Shown: positions 1 to 6,026, numbered from the stretch's first letter. The stretch: 6,751 nt of DNA from a virus (IMGVR_UViG_2740892230_000023); one strand, 5' to 3'. The notes: a model not told the origin generated them from the sequence alone. A program made the numbers and translations.

Positions 1-65
1 ATGTTTGATTTTCACACGGCTCTCATCAAACGGTTCGATTTCCAGGTTGAGTGAGACCTTACCTT
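1..65 (-). other. Redundant allelic copy of the 197-261 region (contig end); minus strand encodes ...GKVSLNLEIEPFDESRVKIKH of the leftward early gene
   Basis: Bases 1-51 match 197-247 with two substitutions; followed by a 10-N run at 66-75. Minus-strand translation is in frame with the gene that starts at 360. Confidence 0.6.
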
Positions 66-75
66 NNNNNNNNNN

Positions 76-360
76 ATTGTCCCTGGTCTTCCTGCAGAAT
101 AGTCAGGCGACCACCGCGATTGACATACATCGGCGTTTCGGTGGTGTCTTCTTCGGAAATTTTCCCGCGGTTAGTCGGGCGAACATATGAGAGTTTGTGT
201 TTGATTTTCACACGGTTCTCATCAAATGGTTCGATTTCCAGGTTGAGNNNNNNNNNNCGGAAGCGACTTCACTGAGAACTGCGCCGATTTTGGTTTCAAA
301 TACGCCGCCGTCCAGCTCCCCGATAAATGCCTGTACATCAGTACTGCGTTCGCTAGCCAT
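76..360 (-). CDS. Leftward early prophage protein of unknown function, 5' part (interrupted by N gap 248-257 and running off the contig at 76)
   Basis: ATG at 358-360 (minus) preceded by GGAG about 8 nt upstream (minus-strand 'gaggagcagcaaaATG'). Translation MASERSTDVQAFIGELDGGVFETKIGAVLSEVAS..., continuing after the gap as LNLEIEPFDENRVKIKHKLSYVRPTNRGKISEEDTTETPMYVNRGGRLTILQEDQGQ. The track ORF 208-591 is the same frame with a spurious Cys-rich upstream extension. Confidence 0.55.
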
Positions 361-504
361 TTTGCTGCTCCTCATCATATCGACCCTGCAAGGTCGGTTG
401 GTTTCTCCACAAAACAGAGAAGAACACCTGCGGTGGCAGCCGCCCGGATGGATTGGGTTATGAGCCCGTCGTCCGGTGATGCTCTTCTCTGTTTTGTAAA
501 AAGA

Positions 505-543
505 GCGGTACCAGCCGGAAGCAAGTGTACAAACTGGTACCGC
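505..543 (-). terminator. Candidate intrinsic terminator or regulatory hairpin in the leftward leader (10-bp stem gcggtaccag/ctggtaccgc, 19-nt loop, then TCTTTTTA on the minus strand)
   Basis: Perfect 10-bp inverted repeat at 505-514 and 534-543; minus-strand T-tract from the A-run at 498-502. The loop is long for a canonical terminator, so the call is tentative. Confidence 0.3.
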
Positions 544-908
544 CAAAGCAGTGGCTGTTGTGGTGGGGTTGTCACTCAGGCGTATGGTCAACCTGACAAT
601 CCGGTGTCCTCAACGGGGAAAGAGTAACCCCGCCATACTTACCGCCGCGCCATTTCGCGGATTACCACAACGCTGAGAGCACTTAGCCAGTTACGGCACC
701 ACACTTTGTCGCGGTTCCATAAATGCCCTCATCGTTGCACCCTGGTCTCTTCCCAGGCGTCAAACCGAATCGCCACGCTGGTTAGGCGTCTTATCAGCAT
801 CATCATTGACTTGCACATTCCGGCTACCTGGTTTGTTTGCTCGAGCAAGGAGTGGATTGTCCCCTTTAACGTCACCAGACCGCTAACGACGCATGTGCNN
901 NNNNNNNN

Positions 909-1075
909 TAATCTTGCCTGTGTTATGTTTCTTTTAGATACATTATGTATCTCATGGGTACATTGTCAAGCATAAAAAAACCTGCCGAAGCAGGTTCATA
1001 AATATTGATTAGGCCTTTATTGTGTATCTTCTTGGTTTTCCCGAGAAAATCACTGTACCAATTATAGAGCAATTA
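909..1075. other. Redundant allelic contig duplicating 1087-1253 (cI 3' end, terminator, pL-like promoter), flanked by 10-N runs
   Basis: Near-identical to 1087-1253 with a few substitutions; N runs at 899-908 and 1077-1086. Confidence 0.65.
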
Positions 1076-1118
1076 CNNNNNNNNNNAATCTTGCCTGTGT
1101 TGTGTTTCTTTTAGATAC

Positions 1119-1146
1119 ATTATGTATCCAAAGGGTACATTGTCAA
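1119..1146 (-). promoter_or_regulatory. pL-like sigma70 promoter for leftward early transcription (-35 TTGACA, 16-bp spacer, -10 CATAAT on the minus strand), with palindromic operator candidate GATACAT-N-ATGTATC at 1114-1128
   Basis: Minus-strand TTGACA (revcomp of 1141-1146) and CATAAT (revcomp of 1119-1124) with a 16-bp spacer, immediately downstream of the cI terminator. The same element is in the allelic copy at 942-969 (palindrome 937-951). Confidence 0.5.
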
Positions 1147-1149
1147 GTA

Positions 1150-1173
1150 TAAAAAAACCTGCCGAAGCAGGTT
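1150..1173 (-). terminator. Rho-independent terminator downstream of cI
   Basis: Hairpin aacctgc-cgaa-gcaggtt at 1156-1173 (7-bp stem, 4-nt loop), followed on the minus strand by a run of about 7 T (A-run 1151-1157 on plus), 12 nt after the cI stop at 1185. Allelic copy at 974-996. Confidence 0.6.
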
Positions 1174-1184
1174 ATAAATATTGA

Positions 1185-1859
1185 TTAGGCCTTTATTATG
1201 TATCTTCTTGGTTTTCCTGAGAAAATCACTGTACCAATTATAGAGCAATTACCGTTAATCTTAATGTAAGGCTCAGGCCAGTTTGGGTTTAATGCTTTGA
1301 GATAACGCTGTGTTCCATCTTCTATCAACCGCTTGAAGGTGGTTTCGCCTGAATCGTGCATCAATGCAATAACGTCGTCACCGTGGCAGGCAGGGACTTC
1401 AGGATCTACAAAAATCATGTCTCCCGGGCGGTACTCATCAATCATTGAATCACCAATCACCCGCAAGATATAAGTCATTTCGCCACAGGGTACAGGGCAG
1501 GGATAAGTTTCTGCTGTGCTCAAATCAACCTCAGAATAGCCAACTTCTTTCCATGCTCCGGCCTGTACCCATGATATGACAGGGACTAACGTTATTTGTT
1601 TGTTAGTAATTGAAACATCAGGTTTTTTTGTGATGTTTGTTGTCTGGTGTTCTTGATCAAGCCATCCGACAGGCAGGTCGAAACATTTTTCGATGTGCCG
1701 TGCCATGCTGTCACCGATATTTTTAGTAGCACCATCTCCCATAAACCTGCTGGTCTGGGTTGGCTCGCGATCAATCATGGTGGCAAAGGAAGAATTCCCG
1801 CCAACACCATCTCTCAGTTTTCTGGCGTTAGACCGCCGGATGTCATGGATTGTTTTCAT
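1185..1859 (-). CDS. cI: CI-type prophage repressor, N-terminal HTH domain plus C-terminal S24 (LexA/UmuD-like) autopeptidase domain
   Basis: 224-aa ORF. C-terminal half (LVPVISWVQAGAW...GDSM...VDPEVP...TFKRL...ALNPNWPEPYIKINGNCSIIG) resembles the cleavage domain of P22 C2 / lambda CI, including the Ser (GDSM) and Lys (FKRL) dyad. Divergent from a cro-like gene across a short operator region. Confidence 0.9.
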   Translation of the reverse strand: MKTIHDIRRSNARKLRDGVGGNSSFATMIDREPTQTSRFMGDGATKNIGDSMARHIEKCFDLPVGWLDQEHQTTNITKKPDVSITNKQITLVPVISWVQAGAWKEVGYSEVDLSTAETYPCPVPCGEMTYILRVIGDSMIDEYRPGDMIFVDPEVPACHGDDVIALMHDSGETTFKRLIEDGTQRYLKALNPNWPEPYIKINGNCSIIGTVIFSGKPRRYIIKA

Positions 1860-1949
1860 AACGAAATTAAAACCTTTGTACCGATAAGGTACAAGTATCT
1901 TGAAGGTTCATTTCAATCATGTAATATGTATATCGGAGGTACATATTGT
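1860..1949. promoter_or_regulatory. Divergent immunity control region (oR with pR/pRM equivalents) between cI and cro
   Basis: 90-bp intergenic region between divergent repressor genes. Palindrome TTGTACC-N5-GGTACAA at 1876-1894; candidate pR -35 TTGAAG (1900-1905) and -10 TAATAT (1922-1927); GGAGG RBS at 1935-1939 before the cro ATG at 1950; cI start codon at 1857-1859. Confidence 0.55.
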
Positions 1950-2150
1950 ATGAAAGCGTATTGGGACTCTTTAACCAAAGAACAGCAGGGCGAGTTGGCC
2001 GGAAAAGTTGGCTCAACACCTGGCTACTTACGGCTGGTTTTCAATGGTTATAAAAAAGCCAGTTTTGTGCTGGCGAAAAAACTTGAGCAATGCACGTCAG
2101 GTGCAATTACGAAATCTGACTTAAGACCGGATATCTATCCGAAAGATTAA
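1950..2150 (+). CDS. cro: Cro-like small DNA-binding regulator (Cro/YdaS family)
   Basis: 66 aa, MKAYWDSLTKEQQGELAGKVGSTPGYLRLVFNGYKKASFVLAKKLEQCTSGAITKSDLRPDIYPKD. RBS GGAGG 10 nt upstream; position opposite cI. The track ORF 1647-2150 is a spurious upstream extension antisense to cI. Confidence 0.8.
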   Translation: MKAYWDSLTKEQQGELAGKVGSTPGYLRLVFNGYKKASFVLAKKLEQCTSGAITKSDLRPDIYPKD

Positions 2151-2181
2151 CAGAACACCTTCAATTTTTAACCACAGAACG

Positions 2182-2751
2182 ATGAGGCTAACCGTGGGTA
2201 AGTATCACTGGAAAGTAGAAAAACAGCCTGAGTGGTACGTGAAAGCTGTCAGAAAAACTATCGCGGCGTTGCCGGGGGGTTACGCTGAAGCTGCTGAGTG
2301 GCTGGATGTAACAGAGAACGCTTTATTCAACCGCCTTCGTGCAGATGGCGATCAGATTTTCCCGCTGGGATGGGCAATGGTTTTACAGCGCGCGGCTGGC
2401 ACTCACTACATTGCGGATGCTGTCGCACAGTCTGCTGGTGGGGTGTTCGTATCGCTTCCTGAAATTGAGGAAGTAGAGAACGCCGATATAAACCAGCGCC
2501 TGCTGGAAGTCATCGAACAGATCGGGAATTACTCAAAGCAGATTCGTTCGGCAATCGAAGATGGGGTCGTGGAGCCACACGAGCAGACAGCAATTAATGA
2601 TGAGTTGTATCTGTCAATTTCGAAGCTCCAAGAGCATGCAGCACTGGTCTACAAAATCTTTTGCGCTCCAGAAAAGAGTGACGCCCGCGAGTGTGCAGCT
2701 CCGGGCGTCGTGGCGTCGATTGCTTCTGGTTGTGGAGAAACTAACGCATGA
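2182..2751 (+). CDS. CII-like / YdaT-like early regulatory protein (family assignment tentative)
   Basis: 189-aa ORF directly downstream of the cro-like gene, the position taken by cII in lambda and ydaT in Rac-type prophages. Start may be ATG 2182 or GTG 2194 (GAGG upstream). Stop overlaps the next ATG (ATGA at 2748-2751). Confidence 0.6.
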   Translation: MRLTVGKYHWKVEKQPEWYVKAVRKTIAALPGGYAEAAEWLDVTENALFNRLRADGDQIFPLGWAMVLQRAAGTHYIADAVAQSAGGVFVSLPEIEEVENADINQRLLEVIEQIGNYSKQIRSAIEDGVVEPHEQTAINDELYLSISKLQEHAALVYKIFCAPEKSDARECAAPGVVASIASGCGETNA

Positions 2752-3086
2752 ACAGTTTAACAACACACTACCGTCGCTCGCAACTGATTGCGCTTCCTGT
2801 ACCGGGTGGAAAAGCGAAGGTGGAGTATTGCTATGCAGTGAATGTACCAGGTGACAGGGAAATTGTAACCCACAGCTTTGCAGAGTGGGCTGTGGGTGAT
2901 TTCAACCGGCAGAAGGAGACAGTCCTTTGCGACAAGTTAACCGCTGGTTCAAAGATCACTACGGAGTGCCCGTCAGAGTCATTCGTTGGGAGCCGGAAAC
3001 ACAACGGGTTATCTACCTCCGTGAAGGCTATGAACATGAATGCTTCAGTCCGCTCGAACAGTTTCGTCGTAAATTCAGGGAAATAG
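2748..3086 (+). CDS. Small hypothetical protein; only the N-terminal ~60 codons look coding, the 3' part overlaps ORF 2927-3139 in another frame
   Basis: ATG overlaps the upstream stop (ATGA coupling). The first ~60 codons have ordinary composition; the remainder is Ser-rich with rare codons, like an out-of-frame read of the overlapping gene. Confidence 0.35.
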   Translation: MNSLTTHYRRSQLIALPVPGGKAKVEYCYAVNVPGDREIVTHSFAEWAVGDFNRQKETVLCDKLTAGSKITTECPSESFVGSRKHNGLSTSVKAMNMNASVRSNSFVVNSGK

Positions 3087-3139
3087 AGGTCGGTCATGAG
3101 CCTGTTAATGACATCCCAGCCCATTGTGATAAATCGTGA
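2927..3139 (+). CDS. Small conserved prophage protein (about 70 aa), TTG start with strong SD
   Basis: AGGAG at 2914-2918, 8 nt before TTG 2927. Translation ...[54 protein letters not shown]... has protein-like composition. Overlaps the start of the O-like gene by 44 nt. Confidence 0.6.
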   Translation: MRQVNRWFKDHYGVPVRVIRWEPETQRVIYLREGYEHECFSPLEQFRRKFREIEVGHEPVNDIPAHCDKS

Positions 3140-4088
3140 TCTTGCATGCCGTATTGGTCTGAATGAGGCAATTGTGTTGCAGCAGCTTCATTACTGGCTG
3201 AATGAAACGAATTCAGGCACTGAGCATGGCGGAATTCGCTGGGTTTATAACACGACAGAACAGTGGCTGGAGCAGTTTCCGTTCTGGTCAGAGTCCACTC
3301 TGAAACGCACATTTGCAAGCCTGAAATCACTTGGGGTTTTGCGTCGCGAGCAACTCAATAAATCGAAGCGTGACATGACCAACTTCTACACGATCAACTA
3401 TGAAAGTGAGCTTTTAGAAGAGGTCAAAGTGAACGAATCCATCAGGTCAAAATGCACTTCTCCATCGGGTCAAAGTGACCTGATGGATGGGCGCAAAATG
3501 ATACGATCCATTGGTTCAAAACGACACGCTGTCATCGGGTCAAAATGGCCCAATGATCTTACAGAGAATACAACAGAGATTACTACAGAGAATAAAACCT
3601 CTTCTCGTCCGGACGCTTCGCAACCGGACACGCAAACGGCTGAACAGGAGTTTTTAACTCGCCATCCTGATGCGGTTGTATTCAGCCCTAAAAAGCGCCA
3701 GTGGGGAACGCAGGATGATTTGACCTGCGCACAGTGGCTCTGGAAAAAAATCATCGCCCTGTACGAGCAGGCCGCCGAATGTGACGGCGAGGTGGTTCGT
3801 CCCAAAGAACCGAACTGGACAGCATGGGCAAACGAAATTCGCCTGATGTGTGTGCAGGATGGTCGTACTCACAAACAAATCTGCGAGATGTACAGCCGCG
3901 TCAGCCGCGATCCGTTCTGGTGCCGTAACGTGCTCAGCCCGTCGAAGTTGCGGGAAAAATGGGATGAGCTTTCCCTGCGCTTATCGCCGTCCGTCAGCAC
4001 GCACACAGAAAAACGTGAAGACCCGTACTTCAAAGCCAGTTACGACAACGTGGACTACAGCCAGATCCCGGCAGGATTCAGGGGGTGA
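3096..4088 (+). CDS. Replication initiator / replisome organiser (lambda O-like N-terminal region, origin-containing linker, DnaT-like C-terminal domain)
   Basis: 330 aa; RBS GAGG 8 nt before ATG 3096. The central region carries iterons at the DNA level. The C-terminus ...YSQIPAGFRG closely resembles the C-terminal end of E. coli primosomal protein DnaT (...SQIPPGFRG, recalled from memory). Confidence 0.85.
   Translation: MSLLMTSQPIVINRDLACRIGLNEAIVLQQLHYWLNETNSGTEHGGIRWVYNTTEQWLEQFPFWSESTLKRTFASLKSLGVLRREQLNKSKRDMTNFYTINYESELLEEVKVNESIRSKCTSPSGQSDLMDGRKMIRSIGSKRHAVIGSKWPNDLTENTTEITTENKTSSRPDASQPDTQTAEQEFLTRHPDAVVFSPKKRQWGTQDDLTCAQWLWKKIIALYEQAAECDGEVVRPKEPNWTAWANEIRLMCVQDGRTHKQICEMYSRVSRDPFWCRNVLSPSKLREKWDELSLRLSPSVSTHTEKREDPYFKASYDNVDYSQIPAGFRG
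3419..3600. repeat. Iteron-type origin of replication inside the initiator gene: 5-6 iterons (core GGTCAAARTG, about 23-bp spacing) then an A-rich tract with three 12-bp ACAGAGA repeats
   Basis: Cores at 3422, 3445, 3468, a degenerate copy at about 3491, 3513 and 3538; ACAGAGA at 3561, 3573 and 3585. Same layout as ori-lambda inside gene O. Confidence 0.6.
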
Positions 4089-4090
4089 TC

Positions 4091-4579
4091 ATGAGTCTTT
4101 TGAATGAAGTTCAGAAATTCATTGAAGCCCATCCGGGGTGTACTTCCGGAGACATTGCGGATGCTTTTGCAGGTTACTCACGGCAGCGCGTTCTGCAGTC
4201 AGCAAGCAAGTTACGTCAGAGTGGGCGTGTGGCTCACCGTTGTGAAGGGGATACACGCAGACATTTTCCGCGCCAGATAAAGATATCGCCGGAGGCGGAA
4301 CGGCAACCAGTTCGTGAAACCAGACCTGTGCGCAATTTCTATGTCGGCACTAACGACCCGCGGGAGATTTTATGCCTGACCCGCCAGGCTGAAGAACTGG
4401 AGTCCAGGGGCTTATACCGTCGTGCTGCAACGGTGTGGATGGCGGCATTCCGTGAAAGCCACTCCCAGCCAGAACGAAACAATTTTCTGGCGCGTCGTGA
4501 GCAGTGTTTACGGAAAAGCAGCAAGCGCGCTGTATCGGGTGATGAGTGGTATCTGTCAGGGAATTACGTGGGGGCTTAA
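4091..4579 (+). CDS. PerC/ANR-family-like transcriptional regulator with an N-terminal extension (possible winged helix)
   Basis: C-terminal region ...AEELESRGLYRRAATVWMAAFRESHSQPERNNFLARREQCLRKS matches the PerC-family pattern (G-x-[WY]-RRAA-x-x-W ... RR-x-x-C-x-x-KS, recalled). Starts ATG 4091 (or GTG 4085) overlapping the upstream stop; its stop overlaps the methylase ATG (TAATG at 4577-4580). Confidence 0.7.
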   Translation: MSLLNEVQKFIEAHPGCTSGDIADAFAGYSRQRVLQSASKLRQSGRVAHRCEGDTRRHFPRQIKISPEAERQPVRETRPVRNFYVGTNDPREILCLTRQAEELESRGLYRRAATVWMAAFRESHSQPERNNFLARREQCLRKSSKRAVSGDEWYLSGNYVGA

Positions 4580-4607
4580 TGAGTAATAAATATTGCCNNN
4601 NNNNNNN

Positions 4608-4691
4608 GTTAAATGACGTTCAGAAATTCATTGAAGCCCATCCGGGCTGTACTTCCGGAGACATTGCGGATGCTTTTTACGTGGGGGCTTA
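4608..4691 (+). other. Allelic fragment: in-frame internal-deletion variant of the PerC-like gene joined to the methylase start
   Basis: 4615-4668 matches 4107-4160 (one substitution in the first few codons) and then joins directly to the gene's last codons (tacgtgggggcttaATGagtaataaatattgcc), reading ...DIADAFYVGA*. Preceded by an N run at 4598-4607. Confidence 0.55.
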
Positions 4692-5496
4692 ATGAGTAAT
4701 AAATATTGCCAGGCGCTGGTAGAACTGCGGAACAAACCAGCCCATGAACTGAAGGAAGTGGGCGATCAGTGGCGCACGCCGGACAACATTTTCTGGGGAA
4801 TTAACACCCTGTTTGGCCCGTTTGTTCTGGATCTGTTCACCGACGGTGATAACGCCAAATGCGCTGCGTATTACACGGCGGAAGACAACGCGCTGGCGCA
4901 TGACTGGTCAGAACGCCTTGCGGAGCTTAAAGGTGCTGCCTTTGGAAATCCCCCATACAGCCGCGCCAGTCAGCATGAGGGGCAATACATCACCGGCATG
5001 CGTTACATCATGAAGCATGCCAGTGCCATGCGTGATAAGGGCGGGCGCTATGTTTTCCTGATCAAAGCTGCCACCAGCGAAGTGTGGTGGCCGGAAGATG
5101 CAGATCATATTGCTTTTATTCGCGGGCGTATTGGTTTTGAACTGCCTGCCTGGTTTATCCCGAAGGATGAGAAGCAGGTGCCGACAGGCGCTTTCTTCGC
5201 TGGTGCTATTGCTGTTTTCGACAAGACCTGGAAGGGACCGGCAATCAGCTATATCGGGCGCGATGAACTTGAGGCATGTGGTGAGGCGTNNNNNNNNNNT
5301 CTGGTTTATCCCGAAAGACGAGAAGCAGGTACCGACAGGAGCTTTTTTCGCTGGTGCTATTGCTGTTTTTGACAAGACCTGGAAGGGACCGGCAATCAGC
5401 TACATTGGGCGCGATGAACTTGAGGCATGTGGTGAGGCGTTTCTGGCGCAGGTTCGCCTGCAGGCAGAACGGCTGGTCAGGGAGATAGTGGCATGA
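4692..5496 (+). CDS. Phage Dam-family DNA N6-adenine methyltransferase (orphan methyltransferase); coordinates inflated by an N gap and a 141-bp allelic overlap
   Basis: WRTP and NPPY motifs and overall resemblance to lambdoid/Stx-phage Dam methylases. N run at 5290-5299; 5300-5440 duplicates 5149-5289. Track ORF 5098-5496 is the same frame after the gap. Stop overlaps the rusA-type ATG (ATGA at 5493-5496). Confidence 0.85.
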
Positions 5497-5526
5497 AGCT
5501 GATCCTGCCTTTTCCGCCCAGCGTGA
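5493..5526 (+). other. rusA: Allelic fragment: rusA start fused directly to the methylase stop (allele without the LexA-like gene)
   Basis: atgaagctgatcctgccttttccgcccagcgtga is identical to the rusA 5' end at 5887-5920, then an N run at 5527-5536. Confidence 0.6.
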
Positions 5527-5563
5527 NNNNNNNNNNGGAAAAGCTGGTCAGGGAGATGGCGGC

Positions 5564-5890
5564 ATGACGACGTTAACTCAATGCCAGCAGCAGGTGCTGG
5601 ATATGCTGATTTCTTATCAGAAAGAGCGTGGCTTCCCGCCAACCAATCAGGAGGTGGCAACCATGCTGGGATACCGTTCGGTGAATGCAGCGGTGGAGCA
5701 TCTTCGCGCACTGGAGAAAAAAGGCGTCATCACGATAAAGCGTGGTGTGGCCCGGGGGATCACGCTTCATACCGCGGTGAAGGACGACGACAGCGAGGCG
5801 GTCGGGATTATCCGCTCACTGCTTGCCGGTGAGGAAAACGCAAGGCTGCGTGCAACCCACTGGTTACATGAGAGGGGCCTGAAAGTATGA
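5564..5890 (+). CDS. LexA-like DNA-binding-domain-only protein (no S24 peptidase domain)
   Basis: 108 aa. First ~75 aa (LTQCQQQVLDMLISYQKERGFPPTNQEVATMLGYRSVNAAVEHLRALEKKGVITIKRGVARGITL) align to the E. coli LexA N-terminal winged-helix domain, followed by a ~35-aa unrelated tail. RBS GGAG 8 nt upstream; stop overlaps the rusA ATG (ATGA at 5887-5890). Confidence 0.8.
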   Translation: MTTLTQCQQQVLDMLISYQKERGFPPTNQEVATMLGYRSVNAAVEHLRALEKKGVITIKRGVARGITLHTAVKDDDSEAVGIIRSLLAGEENARLRATHWLHERGLKV

Positions 5891-5986
5891 AGCTGATCCT
5901 GCCTTTTCCGCCCAGCGTGAACACGTACTGGCGACACCCCAACAAAGGGGCGTTTGCAGGTAAGAGCCTGATAAGCTCGGCGGGGC
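5887..5986 (+). other. rusA: Allelic 5' fragment of rusA (contig end before N run 5987-5996); 5997-6026 then repeats the LexA-like 3' end
   Basis: Near-identical to 6027-6126 with a few substitutions. Confidence 0.6.
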
Positions 5987-6026
5987 NNNNNNNNNNTCAC
6001 TGGTTACATGAGAGAGGCCTGAAAGT

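Noticed and set aside
5-463. Plus-strand ORFs 5-190, 51-275 and 197-463 from the track
   Set aside because: They span N runs (translated as X) and are antisense to the minus-strand gene, which has an RBS-supported start at 360.
361-591. Upstream extension of minus ORF 208-591, and ORFs 375-575(-) and 433-627(+)
   Set aside because: The extension is Cys/Arg-rich with no RBS; the supported start is at 360. This region is better explained as structured leader.
706-975. Plus ORF 706-975 (TTG start)
   Set aside because: Crosses an N gap, has no Shine-Dalgarno, and overlaps the terminator and promoter region.
909-1253. Apparent tandem duplication of the terminator/promoter module
   Set aside because: The copies are separated by N spacers and differ by SNPs, consistent with allelic contigs rather than a genomic tandem repeat.
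1563-1582. CTGT-N12-ACAG resembling an SOS box
   Set aside because: Spacing is 12 rather than the canonical 8 and it lies inside the cI coding sequence. No canonical CTGT-N8-ACAG was found on manual scanning of the window.
1592-2150. ORFs 1592-1774(-), 1693-1887(+) and the long form 1647-2150(+)
   Set aside because: Alternative-frame or antisense ORFs inside cI. The cro-like gene starts at 1950, supported by the RBS and its position after the operator region.
2561-4107. ORFs 2561-2854(+), 2831-3124(-), 3094-3330(-), 3470-3805(-), 3654-3878(-), 3850-4107(+)
   Set aside because: All lie within or antisense to better-supported genes (CII-like, small ORFs, initiator) and lack independent start signals; several have skewed Cys/Arg/Ser composition.
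4339-5375. ORFs 4339-4524(-), 4689-4901(-), 4813-5013(+), 4908-5375(-)
   Set aside because: Antisense or alternative frames within the PerC-like and methyltransferase genes; the Cys/Arg-rich composition is typical of out-of-frame translation.
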